From contig CAZTVK010000019.1 of the NCBI GenBank assembly GCA_964617195.1, forward strand, positions 225,019-289,018: 64,000 bases of DNA, given 5' to 3'. Positions 9,477 to 18,447 of the stretch are shown here, piece by piece (within the stretch, counting starts at the first letter, position 1; every line of letters starts with the position of its first letter). The notes beneath the pieces are model-generated. The model did not search any database and was not told the origin of the DNA. It saw nothing but the letters and a program-made list of their open reading frames with translations. Source of the DNA: an uncultured Methanosarcinales archaeon. Lineage in GTDB: Archaea > Nanobdellota > Nanobdellia > Woesearchaeales > ARS49. Position numbers and translations under genes: made by a program.

Positions 9477-11260
9477 ACTCAGACGTACTAGAACTAGTAA
9501 AGAAAAACCTGAAAAACCTAATCAGAGCAAAAGCAGGATCACTCGTCGTAATACTAGGACCACTAATCGTAATCTTCCTCGCAGGACTCGCGTTCGACAA
9601 CAGCAACGCTTACGCAGTAAAAATAGGAACATACACACCAGAACCAACAGACATCACAACAACATTCCTAGACCAGCTAAGAACACAATTCAAAGTAAGC
9701 GAGTACGAAACAGAAGAAGACTGCGTAGACGCCATCAAAAAAACAGACATCAACACGTGCATGTCCTTCTCACCAGACTTCACAATAGGAAAACCGCCAC
9801 AAAACCAAATCACATTCTACGTAGACTATTCACGCATAAACCTCGTATGGAGCATAATGCAAACCATGACCCAGAAAGTCGGAGAGAAAACACTCCAAGA
9901 AAGCCAAAGTTTGACAAAACTGCTCATAGACACCCTTGAATTCACGCACAACAAAATCAAAGACGAACGAGAAATCATAGTCAAACTAGCAACAGAAAAC
10001 GAACTAATGAACAAAAACGTCCAAGACCTCGCAGCAGAACTCGGCGACATGAGCCTGGAATTTAACGAAAACGAATTCGGAGTCCAGAACATAACCAGCG
10101 CAAAAACACAAGTCAAACAATGGATGGAAAGCACACTCACAATAAGCGAAAAAGGATTGTCAAAAGCAACAAACTTCATCAGCGCAGCAGACGCACTAGT
10201 AAAAGGCTCAGCAGCAGGACAACAAGTAAAAGACAAACTCCTCGAAAACTTCCAAAAAAGCTTAGACGAAATCAAAAAAGCCAAAGCAGAACTCGCTGAA
10301 ACAAAAAACCTCACCAAAGAATCATTCCTCAGATTTGACAAACAAATGATAGAATTAACAGAAACCATCACAATGACAAAAGACAGACTAAATGAAGCAG
10401 ACACCAGCAGACAATTAGGACTAAGAGTGCTCGAAGCCATAACAAGCCTACTTGACAAAAGCCTGATCAGCATAAGCGACGTACAACAAGCACTAAACGA
10501 CATAGACAATCGGATAAGCGCCATAGAAATCAAAGACCCAGAAGCAATCACGCAGCCAATCGTCACTTCAATCAAGCCAATAGTACAAGAAAAAACCTAC
10601 CTCAACTACCTCTTCCCAATACTCAGCATACTAATCATAATGTTCACAGCCCTGCTGATCACGCCAACACTAATCATGCTTGACAAGAACAGCCCTGCCA
10701 GCTTCAGAACATACATGACACCAGTAGCAGACACCAGCTACGTAATATCAAACTTCATCACAGCCTCAATACTGCTTTCCCTGCAAACAATAATCGTACT
10801 AGCAATCGCGAGCGTATTCTTCACCAGCCAAGTTATTTCTAATATCCCAGAAGCATTAGTGCTACTAGTCATCATCAACTCAGTTTTCATCCTAATAGGC
10901 ATGATAATCGGCTACGCATTCAACAGCGAAGAAGCAGCCACACTAGGAGGAGTAAGCATCGGAGCAGTCTTCCTCTTCCTCAGCGACGTAATCATCCCAT
11001 TAGAAAGCATGCCAGAATCATTCGCATACATCGCCAGCTTCAACCCATACGTTCTAAGCAGCCAACTACTCAGAAGAGCACTAATCTTCGACCAAACATT
11101 ACTCAGCATGCTCGGAGACATAATAATAATGCTAGGATACATCGTAGCCCTCGCAATACTCGCAACCGGCATTTACCTGCTCACCAGACGCTATTCAATG
11201 CAACAACTAATGAAAGCAATCACGCCAGTATTTGCGCGCGTAAGATTCAAGAAAAAATAA
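9473..11260 (+). CDS. ABC-2 family permease with large extracytoplasmic coiled-coil domain (YhgE/Pip-like)
   Basis: 595 aa; TM1, ~330-aa helical extracellular domain, 5 C-terminal TM helices; ATGA overlap with ATPase. Confidence 0.7.
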   Translation: MNSDVLELVKKNLKNLIRAKAGSLVVILGPLIVIFLAGLAFDNSNAYAVKIGTYTPEPTDITTTFLDQLRTQFKVSEYETEEDCVDAIKKTDINTCMSFSPDFTIGKPPQNQITFYVDYSRINLVWSIMQTMTQKVGEKTLQESQSLTKLLIDTLEFTHNKIKDEREIIVKLATENELMNKNVQDLAAELGDMSLEFNENEFGVQNITSAKTQVKQWMESTLTISEKGLSKATNFISAADALVKGSAAGQQVKDKLLENFQKSLDEIKKAKAELAETKNLTKESFLRFDKQMIELTETITMTKDRLNEADTSRQLGLRVLEAITSLLDKSLISISDVQQALNDIDNRISAIEIKDPEAITQPIVTSIKPIVQEKTYLNYLFPILSILIIMFTALLITPTLIMLDKNSPASFRTYMTPVADTSYVISNFITASILLSLQTIIVLAIASVFFTSQVISNIPEALVLLVIINSVFILIGMIIGYAFNSEEAATLGGVSIGAVFLFLSDVIIPLESMPESFAYIASFNPYVLSSQLLRRALIFDQTLLSMLGDIIIMLGYIVALAILATGIYLLTRRYSMQQLMKAITPVFARVRFKKK

Positions 11261-11272
11261 CTGTCGTCCAAA

Positions 11273-11307
11273 AAGGCTGCCTTGGCCCTTCGGGGCCGGG
11301 CGGTCTT
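11273..11307 (+). terminator. GC-rich bulged hairpin with cUUCGg tetraloop followed by T/C-rich tract (terminator or RNA stability element)
   Basis: aaggcugcc/ggcggucuu outer stem, ggccc-uucg-gggcc inner stem; 13 nt after permease stop; GC-rich in AT-rich spacer. Confidence 0.4.
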
Positions 11308-11320
11308 CCTTCTCGAAAGC

Positions 11321-11330
11321 TATTTAAATC
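11321..11330 (+). promoter_or_regulatory. TATA box (tatttaaatc) with purine-rich BRE-like upstream, for leaderless cysS
   Basis: Located 21-30 nt upstream of cysS ATG. Confidence 0.4.
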
Positions 11331-11350
11331 GTCATATAGCACGGTAGATT

Positions 11351-12787
11351 ATGAAGTTTCACAATACACTGACGAGAAAGAAAGAAGAATTCAAGCCAAT
11401 AGACAAAAAACTCGTCAGAATGTACACCTGCGGGCCAACAGTGTACAATTACATTCACATCGGCAACCTGCGCACTTTCCTATTTGAAGACCTGCTCAGA
11501 AGATGGATAAAATACCGCGGTTATAACATCAAACAAATCATGAACCTCACAGATGTAGATGACAAAATCATTCGCGATTCACAAAAAGAAGGCGTTTCGC
11601 TCAAAGAATTTACTGAACGTTATGCGAAAGCATTTTTTGATGACATCAAAACACTCAACATCGAACCAGCAGAAGTATATCCGAACGCAACTGACTATAT
11701 TCCTGAAATGGTTGCCATGATACAATGCCTGCTTCAGAAAGAAATCGCTTACAAAACAGACGACGGCATATATTTCTCTATTTCAAAATTCAAAAATTAC
11801 GGACAATTGGCAAACATTGACGTCACCAAACTTGAAGCAGGAGCATCAGGCAGAGTAAAAGCGGACGAATATGAGAAAGAAAATGTTGCAGATTTCGCGC
11901 TCTGGAAATTATGGGACGAAAAAGACGGCAAAGTCTTCTGGGAAACAGAAATAGGCAAAGGAAGGCCAGGATGGCACATCGAATGCTCGGCAATGAGCGC
12001 AAAAAACCTGACTGACGCATTCTCAGGAAGCATATTCCACCCGGAAAAATTCGAAACTATTGACATACACACTGGCGGAGTCGATAACATTTTCCCACAC
12101 CACGTTGACGAAATAGCACAAACAGAAGCATGCATAAGCAAGAAATTCGCCAACTACTGGCTGCACTCAGAGCACTTATTGGTAGACGGCAAAAAAATGT
12201 CAAAATCACTCGGAAACTTCTACACCTTGCGAGATTTAATCGCAAAAGGATACAACCCCATAGCAGTCAGATACCTATTACTATCAACCCACTACAGACA
12301 AAAAATGAATTTCACACTTGAAGCGCTCGAAGCGGCGACAGTCGCGGTACAAAGACTGAACGACTTCATGCTCAGATTAAAAGAAGCACATGGCAGCAAG
12401 AATAACGCCGAAGTACACGACGCAATACAGAAAGCGCGATTACAATTTGAAAAATCACTTGATGACGATTTAGAAATGAGTCCAGCGCTCGCGTCAATTT
12501 TTGATCTAATGAACATAATAAACAGGCATCTTGACTCACACGAGCTCAGCAAACAAGACGCAGAAGCAGTCGCTAAATTCATGGAAGACGCCAACACAGT
12601 GCTTGGAGTGCTGGTAAAAGAAGAAAAACTATCACCAGAACTACAAAAACTAGTTGATGACCGAGAAAAAGCACGACAAATCAAGAATTGGTCACGCACA
12701 GACGAATTACGAGACGAACTTAAAAAACACGGAATATCAGTCGAGGACACACCACATGGACAACGATGGAAAAGAATTTTTTCGTAA
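11351..12787 (+). CDS. cysS: Cysteinyl-tRNA synthetase
   Basis: 478 aa; HIGN (HIGH) and KMSKS motifs, class I CysRS N-terminus CGPTVYNYIHIGN. Confidence 0.95.
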   Translation: MKFHNTLTRKKEEFKPIDKKLVRMYTCGPTVYNYIHIGNLRTFLFEDLLRRWIKYRGYNIKQIMNLTDVDDKIIRDSQKEGVSLKEFTERYAKAFFDDIKTLNIEPAEVYPNATDYIPEMVAMIQCLLQKEIAYKTDDGIYFSISKFKNYGQLANIDVTKLEAGASGRVKADEYEKENVADFALWKLWDEKDGKVFWETEIGKGRPGWHIECSAMSAKNLTDAFSGSIFHPEKFETIDIHTGGVDNIFPHHVDEIAQTEACISKKFANYWLHSEHLLVDGKKMSKSLGNFYTLRDLIAKGYNPIAVRYLLLSTHYRQKMNFTLEALEAATVAVQRLNDFMLRLKEAHGSKNNAEVHDAIQKARLQFEKSLDDDLEMSPALASIFDLMNIINRHLDSHELSKQDAEAVAKFMEDANTVLGVLVKEEKLSPELQKLVDDREKARQIKNWSRTDELRDELKKHGISVEDTPHGQRWKRIFS

Positions 12788-13646
12788 GCGTTACGAACAA
12801 CTTGGCGGGGAAATCGCCGACATAAAAACACTCTCAACACTGCGAGTTAACACACTAAAAATAACGGCAAAAGAACTAATTGCGCGGCTTGAAAAACTAG
12901 GAATCAAACTAGAACGCGTACCAATCACAAAAAACGGGTATACAGTACAAAGCAAATTCTCACTCGGAGCAATAACAGAATGCCTGCTCGGCTACTATTA
13001 CCTCCAAGAAACAGCATCACAATTACCGGTAGAAGTCCTAGACCCAAAACCAACAGACATCGTGCTTGACGCATGCGCAGCACCAGGGGGAAAAACAACA
13101 CAACTCGCCGCGCACATGGAAAATCAAGGAACAATCGTCGCATGCGAGCTCAAACCACACAGAATGCCAAGCCTGCTAATGAATTTAGAACGCTGTGGAG
13201 TCAAGAACACAACAGTATTTGAAGGAAACGCAGTACTCGCAGGCAGACTTGGAGTGCAATTCGACAAAATACTACTCGACGCGCCCTGCGCGGGAAACTA
13301 TCTGACAGAACCAGGATGGTTTGAGAAAAGAACACTAGGAGGCATACAAATCAGCAGCAACATACAAAGAAGACTGCTTTCAGACTGCATAAACATGCTC
13401 AAACCAGGCGGACAACTCGTTTACAGTACCTGCTCACTAGAACCAGAAGAAAACGAGATGAACATCGACTGGGCACTCAAAAACCTACCAGTTCGATTAG
13501 AAAAAGTCAACCTGCAAATCGGAGACCCAGGCCTTACCAGCGTCTTCGGAAAAAAATTACACCCGGAAATAGCGCTATGCAAACGCTTCTGGCCACACAA
13601 AACAAAAACAGAAGGATTCTTCATCGCAAAAATGGTGAAAATATGA
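12756..13646 (+). CDS. NOL1/NOP2/Sun-family RNA (cytosine-C5)-methyltransferase (Trm4/RsmB-like)
   Basis: Motif I DACAAPGGKT, catalytic Cys motifs (PCAG, TCS); likely ATG at 12756 overlapping cysS 3' end; ORF track start 12654 lies inside cysS. Confidence 0.8.
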   Translation: MDNDGKEFFRKRYEQLGGEIADIKTLSTLRVNTLKITAKELIARLEKLGIKLERVPITKNGYTVQSKFSLGAITECLLGYYYLQETASQLPVEVLDPKPTDIVLDACAAPGGKTTQLAAHMENQGTIVACELKPHRMPSLLMNLERCGVKNTTVFEGNAVLAGRLGVQFDKILLDAPCAGNYLTEPGWFEKRTLGGIQISSNIQRRLLSDCINMLKPGGQLVYSTCSLEPEENEMNIDWALKNLPVRLEKVNLQIGDPGLTSVFGKKLHPEIALCKRFWPHKTKTEGFFIAKMVKI

Positions 13647-14116
13647 ACCCCAAAAAAATGAACCTTGACGAATTCCTCAAACCATTCGGCATAAAGAAAA
13701 AACTAGACTCGCAAATCGTCAGCAGATCATACTTCATCGTCAAAGACAAGAATTTTCTAGGCAAAAACCCGGCCTATAGCGGTGAGTGTATCGCACACAT
13801 ACGCGGACCAGTACTTATCCCTTCCATTGATTTCCTACAACAAATCGGCAAAGAAGCAAGAAGGCACGTCATCATCAACTCAAAAGCAGAATGGCTATTC
13901 ATCTGCGGAAGAGACATATTCGCAAAAGGAATAACCGCACACAACAATCCAGAAGTTGGCGACAGAGTAGTCATCCTAAACCAGCACAAAGAATGCCTCG
14001 GCTACGGAGACATGACAGCCCCCTTTACAGACACAAGAGTCGTCATCAAAAGACTATTTGACATCGGAGACCTGCTCAGAAGAGAAAGAAAGAGCAGGAA
14101 GGTCAGACAACAATAG
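13643..14116 (+). CDS. PUA-domain RNA-binding protein (separate gene following the methyltransferase)
   Basis: ~157 aa from ATG 13643 (ATGA overlap with MTase stop); PUA-like GDRVVILNQHKECLGYGD pattern. Confidence 0.6.
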   Translation: MNPKKMNLDEFLKPFGIKKKLDSQIVSRSYFIVKDKNFLGKNPAYSGECIAHIRGPVLIPSIDFLQQIGKEARRHVIINSKAEWLFICGRDIFAKGITAHNNPEVGDRVVILNQHKECLGYGDMTAPFTDTRVVIKRLFDIGDLLRRERKSRKVRQQ

Positions 14117-14147
14117 CTTTTTAAACCTGTTCTCAAGACGATAAACT

Positions 14148-16538
14148 ATGGCTGACCGATACGAACCAAAAGTCGAAGAAGAAAAATGGATGCACTTCTG
14201 GGAAAAAGAAGGCATTTTCACCTTTAATCCTGAACAAAAAGGAGAAGTGTACAGCATAGACACACCTCCACCAACAGTATCGGGAAGCATGCACATCGGA
14301 CACGCATTCTCATACACACAACAAGACATCATAGCACGCTACAAAAGACTACGAGGCTACAACGTATTCTACCCATGGGGAACAGACGACAACGGACTGC
14401 CAACAGAACGCCTTGTTGAGAAACTGAAAGGAGTTAAGGGCAGCAAAATGGACAGGCAAGAATTCATCAAACTATGCGAGCAAACACTAGCAGAAATCAT
14501 GCCAGCATTCACACACGACTGGAAAAGAATAGGCATGAGTTGCGACTTTAAACTAGCATACAGCACAATAAACGCAAACTCCAGAAGAATAAGCCAATGG
14601 AGCTTCCTAGACCTGCAAAAAAAAGGAAGAGTCTACCGAAAAAACGCGCCATCACTATGGTGCCCGCTATGCGAAACAGCAATCTCACAAGTAGAATGCC
14701 AAGACGTAGAAAAAAACAGCACATTCAACGACATAGTCTTCAAACTAGACGGAAAAGACCTAGAAATAGCAACAACAAGACCAGAACTAATACCAGCCTG
14801 CGTCGCAGTATTCGCACACCCAAACGACGACCGATACAAAAAATTATTCGGCAAAAAAGCAATCACGCCAGTATTCAACAAAGAAGTACCAATAATGCCA
14901 GACGAACGAGTAGACCCAGCCAAAGGAACAGGAATAGTCATGTGCTGCACGTTCGGAGACCAAACAGACATCGCATGGTATCTCGCCTATAACTTACCAC
15001 TCATCAACGCAATAAGCAAGAATGGCGTAATGACAGAAGCAGCAGGGAAATATCAAGGACTCAAAATTCACGAAGCCAGAAAAGCAATCCTCTCAGACAT
15101 GAAAACAACAGGACTGCTCAGAGCACAAAAACCAATCAAACACGCAGTCAAAGTACACGAAAGATGCCAAACAGAAATAGAAATCATCCAAAGCAAACAA
15201 TGGTTCATCAAATACCTCGACCTTAAAGACAAACTCCTAGAATGGGGAGCCCAACTCAACTGGAACCCAGACTTCATGATACACAGATACAACAACTGGG
15301 TCAAAGGACTACAATGGGACTGGCTCATTTCCAGACAAAGATTCTTCGGAGTCCCATTCCCAGTATGGTATTGCAAACAATGCGACGAGCCAACATTCGC
15401 AGACGACAAAAAATTGCCAATCGATCCACTGAAAGACCAACCACCAGTCAAACAATGCCTGAAATGCAAGTTCACAGAGTTTATCGGCGAAAAAGACGTC
15501 CTAGACACATGGGCGACAAGCAGCATGACACCACAACTAGCAATACAAATGGTGCCAGAAAAATATAGGGCGAAATTGTATCCAATGAGCTTACGCCCAC
15601 AAGCACACGAAATCATCAGCTTCTGGCTGTTCAATACTTTGGTCAAAAGCCAATTACACTACAACGTCAACCCATGGAAAGACATCGTCCTATCAGGCTA
15701 CGTAACAGACCCACTCGGCGAAAAAATGTCAAAAAGCAAAGGAAACGTCGTAGCCCCACAAAAAGTCCTTGAAAAATACAGCGCAGACGCCATGCGATAC
15801 TGGGCAGGCGGAAGCAAACTAGGAGAAGACATCGCCTACCAAGAAAAAGAACTCGTAACTGGAGATAAGTTCGTAACAAAACTCTGGAACGCAGCCAAAT
15901 TCACAAACATGCACTTAGAAGGATACGACCACAAAGGAACCTCAATAGAAACACTAGACCTCTGGATACACGCACGCCTCGCAAAAGCAATCAAAGAAGC
16001 AACAGAAGCCTTTGACAACTACGAATACTTCAAAGCAAAACAAGCAATAGAAGCATTCTTCTGGAAAGACTTCTGCGACAACTACCTAGAACTCATTAAA
16101 TCAAGAATGTACGAGCCAAAATCACCACAACACAAAAAAAGCGCACAACACGCGCTCAATACATGTTTATCAGCCATCGTACGGTTAATGTCACCATTCA
16201 CGCCATTCATAACAGAAGAAGTCTATAGCCTGTATTTCAAACAAAAAGAAGGCCACAAAAGCGTACACTTGTCAAACTGGCCTGAAATTCCTGCAATTAA
16301 CGAAAAAGCAGAACAAGCAGGCAATATTGCAGTTGTTATTCTCGCCGCAGTACGCAAGAAAAAATCAGAAATGAAAGTATCCATGAAAGCGCCAGTCAAA
16401 AGACTAGTTATCGATACAAAAATCGACATTTCAGGCGTACTGGACGATTTGAAAGCAACAACAGCAGCAGAAAAAATAGAAATAGGCAAAGCAACAGAAG
16501 AATTAACACCAGACGTCAAAATAACAGTAGAGTTCTAA
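14148..16538 (+). CDS. valS: Valyl-tRNA synthetase
   Basis: 796 aa; TPPPTVSGSMHIGHA (PPP + HIGH) and KMSKSKGNVV; GTDDNGLPTE; class Ia editing-type architecture. Confidence 0.75.
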   Translation: MADRYEPKVEEEKWMHFWEKEGIFTFNPEQKGEVYSIDTPPPTVSGSMHIGHAFSYTQQDIIARYKRLRGYNVFYPWGTDDNGLPTERLVEKLKGVKGSKMDRQEFIKLCEQTLAEIMPAFTHDWKRIGMSCDFKLAYSTINANSRRISQWSFLDLQKKGRVYRKNAPSLWCPLCETAISQVECQDVEKNSTFNDIVFKLDGKDLEIATTRPELIPACVAVFAHPNDDRYKKLFGKKAITPVFNKEVPIMPDERVDPAKGTGIVMCCTFGDQTDIAWYLAYNLPLINAISKNGVMTEAAGKYQGLKIHEARKAILSDMKTTGLLRAQKPIKHAVKVHERCQTEIEIIQSKQWFIKYLDLKDKLLEWGAQLNWNPDFMIHRYNNWVKGLQWDWLISRQRFFGVPFPVWYCKQCDEPTFADDKKLPIDPLKDQPPVKQCLKCKFTEFIGEKDVLDTWATSSMTPQLAIQMVPEKYRAKLYPMSLRPQAHEIISFWLFNTLVKSQLHYNVNPWKDIVLSGYVTDPLGEKMSKSKGNVVAPQKVLEKYSADAMRYWAGGSKLGEDIAYQEKELVTGDKFVTKLWNAAKFTNMHLEGYDHKGTSIETLDLWIHARLAKAIKEATEAFDNYEYFKAKQAIEAFFWKDFCDNYLELIKSRMYEPKSPQHKKSAQHALNTCLSAIVRLMSPFTPFITEEVYSLYFKQKEGHKSVHLSNWPEIPAINEKAEQAGNIAVVILAAVRKKKSEMKVSMKAPVKRLVIDTKIDISGVLDDLKATTAAEKIEIGKATEELTPDVKITVEF

Positions 16539-16939
16539 AAATTCGTAACCATGCCATTAATCTTCTTCTCAATATCATGATAACTAAGCTTGGCAAGCTT
16601 AGCAGAACGAATACGCTCTCTCACTGAAGCCAAAAACTTAGCCAGCCTCTCCTGCACCAAATCCTCCTCCTGCTTAATGCGCAACACCAAAGCACCAGCC
16701 AAAGGATGATCATCAAGAGAAGACTCCTTATGTTGCTCCTTCAACTTAGTCCTAATCTCAGAAAGCATATCCATCGCCTGCTTTCCAGGATCAGTAATAG
16801 AAAACTGCTTAACCAAAGCCTTCTCCTTACCATCACTAAACACAACTCTGACCTTCACCTGGTCAAGCTGAGAATAATAATCAACAATATCAACCTTCTT
16901 AAAGTCAACATCTACTGCTTTCATGTTCCCAATGGTCAC
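16535..16939 (-). CDS. Hypothetical protein
   Basis: 134 aa ORF with own TATA (atttatatag) ~25 nt upstream on minus strand; no recognisable motifs. Confidence 0.45.
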   Translation of the reverse strand: MTIGNMKAVDVDFKKVDIVDYYSQLDQVKVRVVFSDGKEKALVKQFSITDPGKQAMDMLSEIRTKLKEQHKESSLDDHPLAGALVLRIKQEEDLVQERLAKFLASVRERIRSAKLAKLSYHDIEKKINGMVTNF

Positions 16940-17004
16940 TGAATCTCTATATAAATATTGCTCTACACAAATATTAATAAAACATCATAACGTCGATAAA
17001 CAAC

Positions 17005-18192
17005 ATGTGGGCAAACAAACACAAACCAGAACTAGAGAATATCCCGCACGACACCAAACAATTATACGACTTTGTTACAAATTATGCTAAACAAAAGAAA
17101 AAAGCACTCTTATTGTACGGGCCAACCGGCACTGGAAAAACAGCGGCAGTAAACGCACTCGCACGACGAACAGGACTCGAACTCATCGAAGTAAATGCTT
17201 CAGACTACCGAAATGCCGATGAAATAAATTCAAAAATCGGAAACGCATTGAAACAATACAGCTTATTCTCAGCAGGAAAAATCGTTCTAGTAGACGAACT
17301 AGACGGAATAGCAGGAAACGAAGATCGAGGAGGCGTCTCAGCACTGGCAAGCCTCATTGCAGAATCCAAATTTCCCATCATTCTCATAGCAAACGACCCA
17401 TGGAACAGCAAATTCAACACTATTCGAACAAAAAGCACACTCGTTGAATTCCCAGCAATCACCATGACGGCAATGATACCAGCATTACAACGCATTCTAC
17501 AAAAAGAAAACATCACAGCAGACGACGTAATCGTAAAAACAATCGCTCGCAGAAGCGGCGGAGACTTACGAGGAGCAATAACAGACCTGCAAACACTCTC
17601 ACTAGCAAACGCGCTAACTGTTCAAGGCCTAGAAACACTCCACGAAAGAGAACACTCAGAAAGTATCATGCAAGCACTAGTCAAAATATTGAAATCAACA
17701 GACCCAGTCGTAGCAGTAAGCGCACTAGACCTAGTAGATGAGGATATCGACGAATGCTTTTTGTGGATAGATGAGAATCTGCCAAAAGAATACAAAAATC
17801 CGCAAGACCTGGCACGCGCATACGAGATGTTGTCAAAAGCAGACATTTATCGCGGAAGAATCAGAAGATGGCAATACTGGCGTTATCTAGCTTATGTTGA
17901 TGTTCTAATAACAGCAGGCGTTGCGGTAGCAAAAGACAAAAAATCAATAACATTTATCACATACAGCAGAACACAAAGACTGCTAAAACACTGGATGGCA
18001 AACCAAAAATACGCACGGCGCAAAAGAGTCGCTGAGAAACTGGCAGCCGCAACCCATTGTTCAAAGAAAAAAGCACTACAAGACACACTGCCATACGTCC
18101 ACAGACTCTACCAATTAAAACATCCAAGCGCAGAAATGATAACAGAGGAATTAAAGCTGGATGAAGAAGAGCTAGAATGGCTGAATAAATAA
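17005..18192 (+). CDS. rfcL: Replication factor C large subunit
   Basis: 395 aa; Walker A LLYGPTGTGKT, RFC box NASD, Walker B VDELDGIAGNEDRGG typical of RFC large subunit. Confidence 0.75.
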   Translation: MWANKHKPELENIPHDTKQLYDFVTNYAKQKKKALLLYGPTGTGKTAAVNALARRTGLELIEVNASDYRNADEINSKIGNALKQYSLFSAGKIVLVDELDGIAGNEDRGGVSALASLIAESKFPIILIANDPWNSKFNTIRTKSTLVEFPAITMTAMIPALQRILQKENITADDVIVKTIARRSGGDLRGAITDLQTLSLANALTVQGLETLHEREHSESIMQALVKILKSTDPVVAVSALDLVDEDIDECFLWIDENLPKEYKNPQDLARAYEMLSKADIYRGRIRRWQYWRYLAYVDVLITAGVAVAKDKKSITFITYSRTQRLLKHWMANQKYARRKRVAEKLAAATHCSKKKALQDTLPYVHRLYQLKHPSAEMITEELKLDEEELEWLNK

Positions 18193-18447
18193 CTACTTAT
18201 GCCCGTGACCGCCAAGATAAATATGCTTGATCTTATCAGTCTTCATGATTGATTTATCACCATGCAAAGCAACCCTGCCTTCTTCAAGAACGTAAATGTG
18301 GTCTGCAATCTCACACGCAGCCTTAGCATTCTGCTCGACCATTATGATTGCAGTGCCCTCCTTGTTAATATCCTGAATTTTCCAGAAACCTTTAAAAAGC
18401 ACTCTCGATAGCTTTTTCTTATGGCCACATATGAAGACGTCGTCAAT
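18193..18447 (-). pseudogene. Remnant C-terminal fragment of an ABC transporter ATP-binding protein (LivF/LivG-like)
   Basis: Translation …EGTAIIMVEQNAKAACEIADHIYVLEEGRVALHG matches D-loop/H-loop/C-terminus of branched-chain ABC ATPases; N-terminal ~160 aa (Walker A, signature) absent, displaced by glyS start; ORF begins with GTG. Confidence 0.55.

Noticed and set aside
9826-10575. Long antisense ORFs opposite real genes (e.g. 9826..10575, 12292..12840, 15068..15646, 30432..31958, 8291..8785, 45577..46131)
   Set aside because: Ser/Leu/Cys-rich, low-complexity translations with no motifs. Coding strands here are extremely A-rich, so the complementary strand is stop-codon poor and long spurious ORFs arise. 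Each overlaps a well-supported gene.
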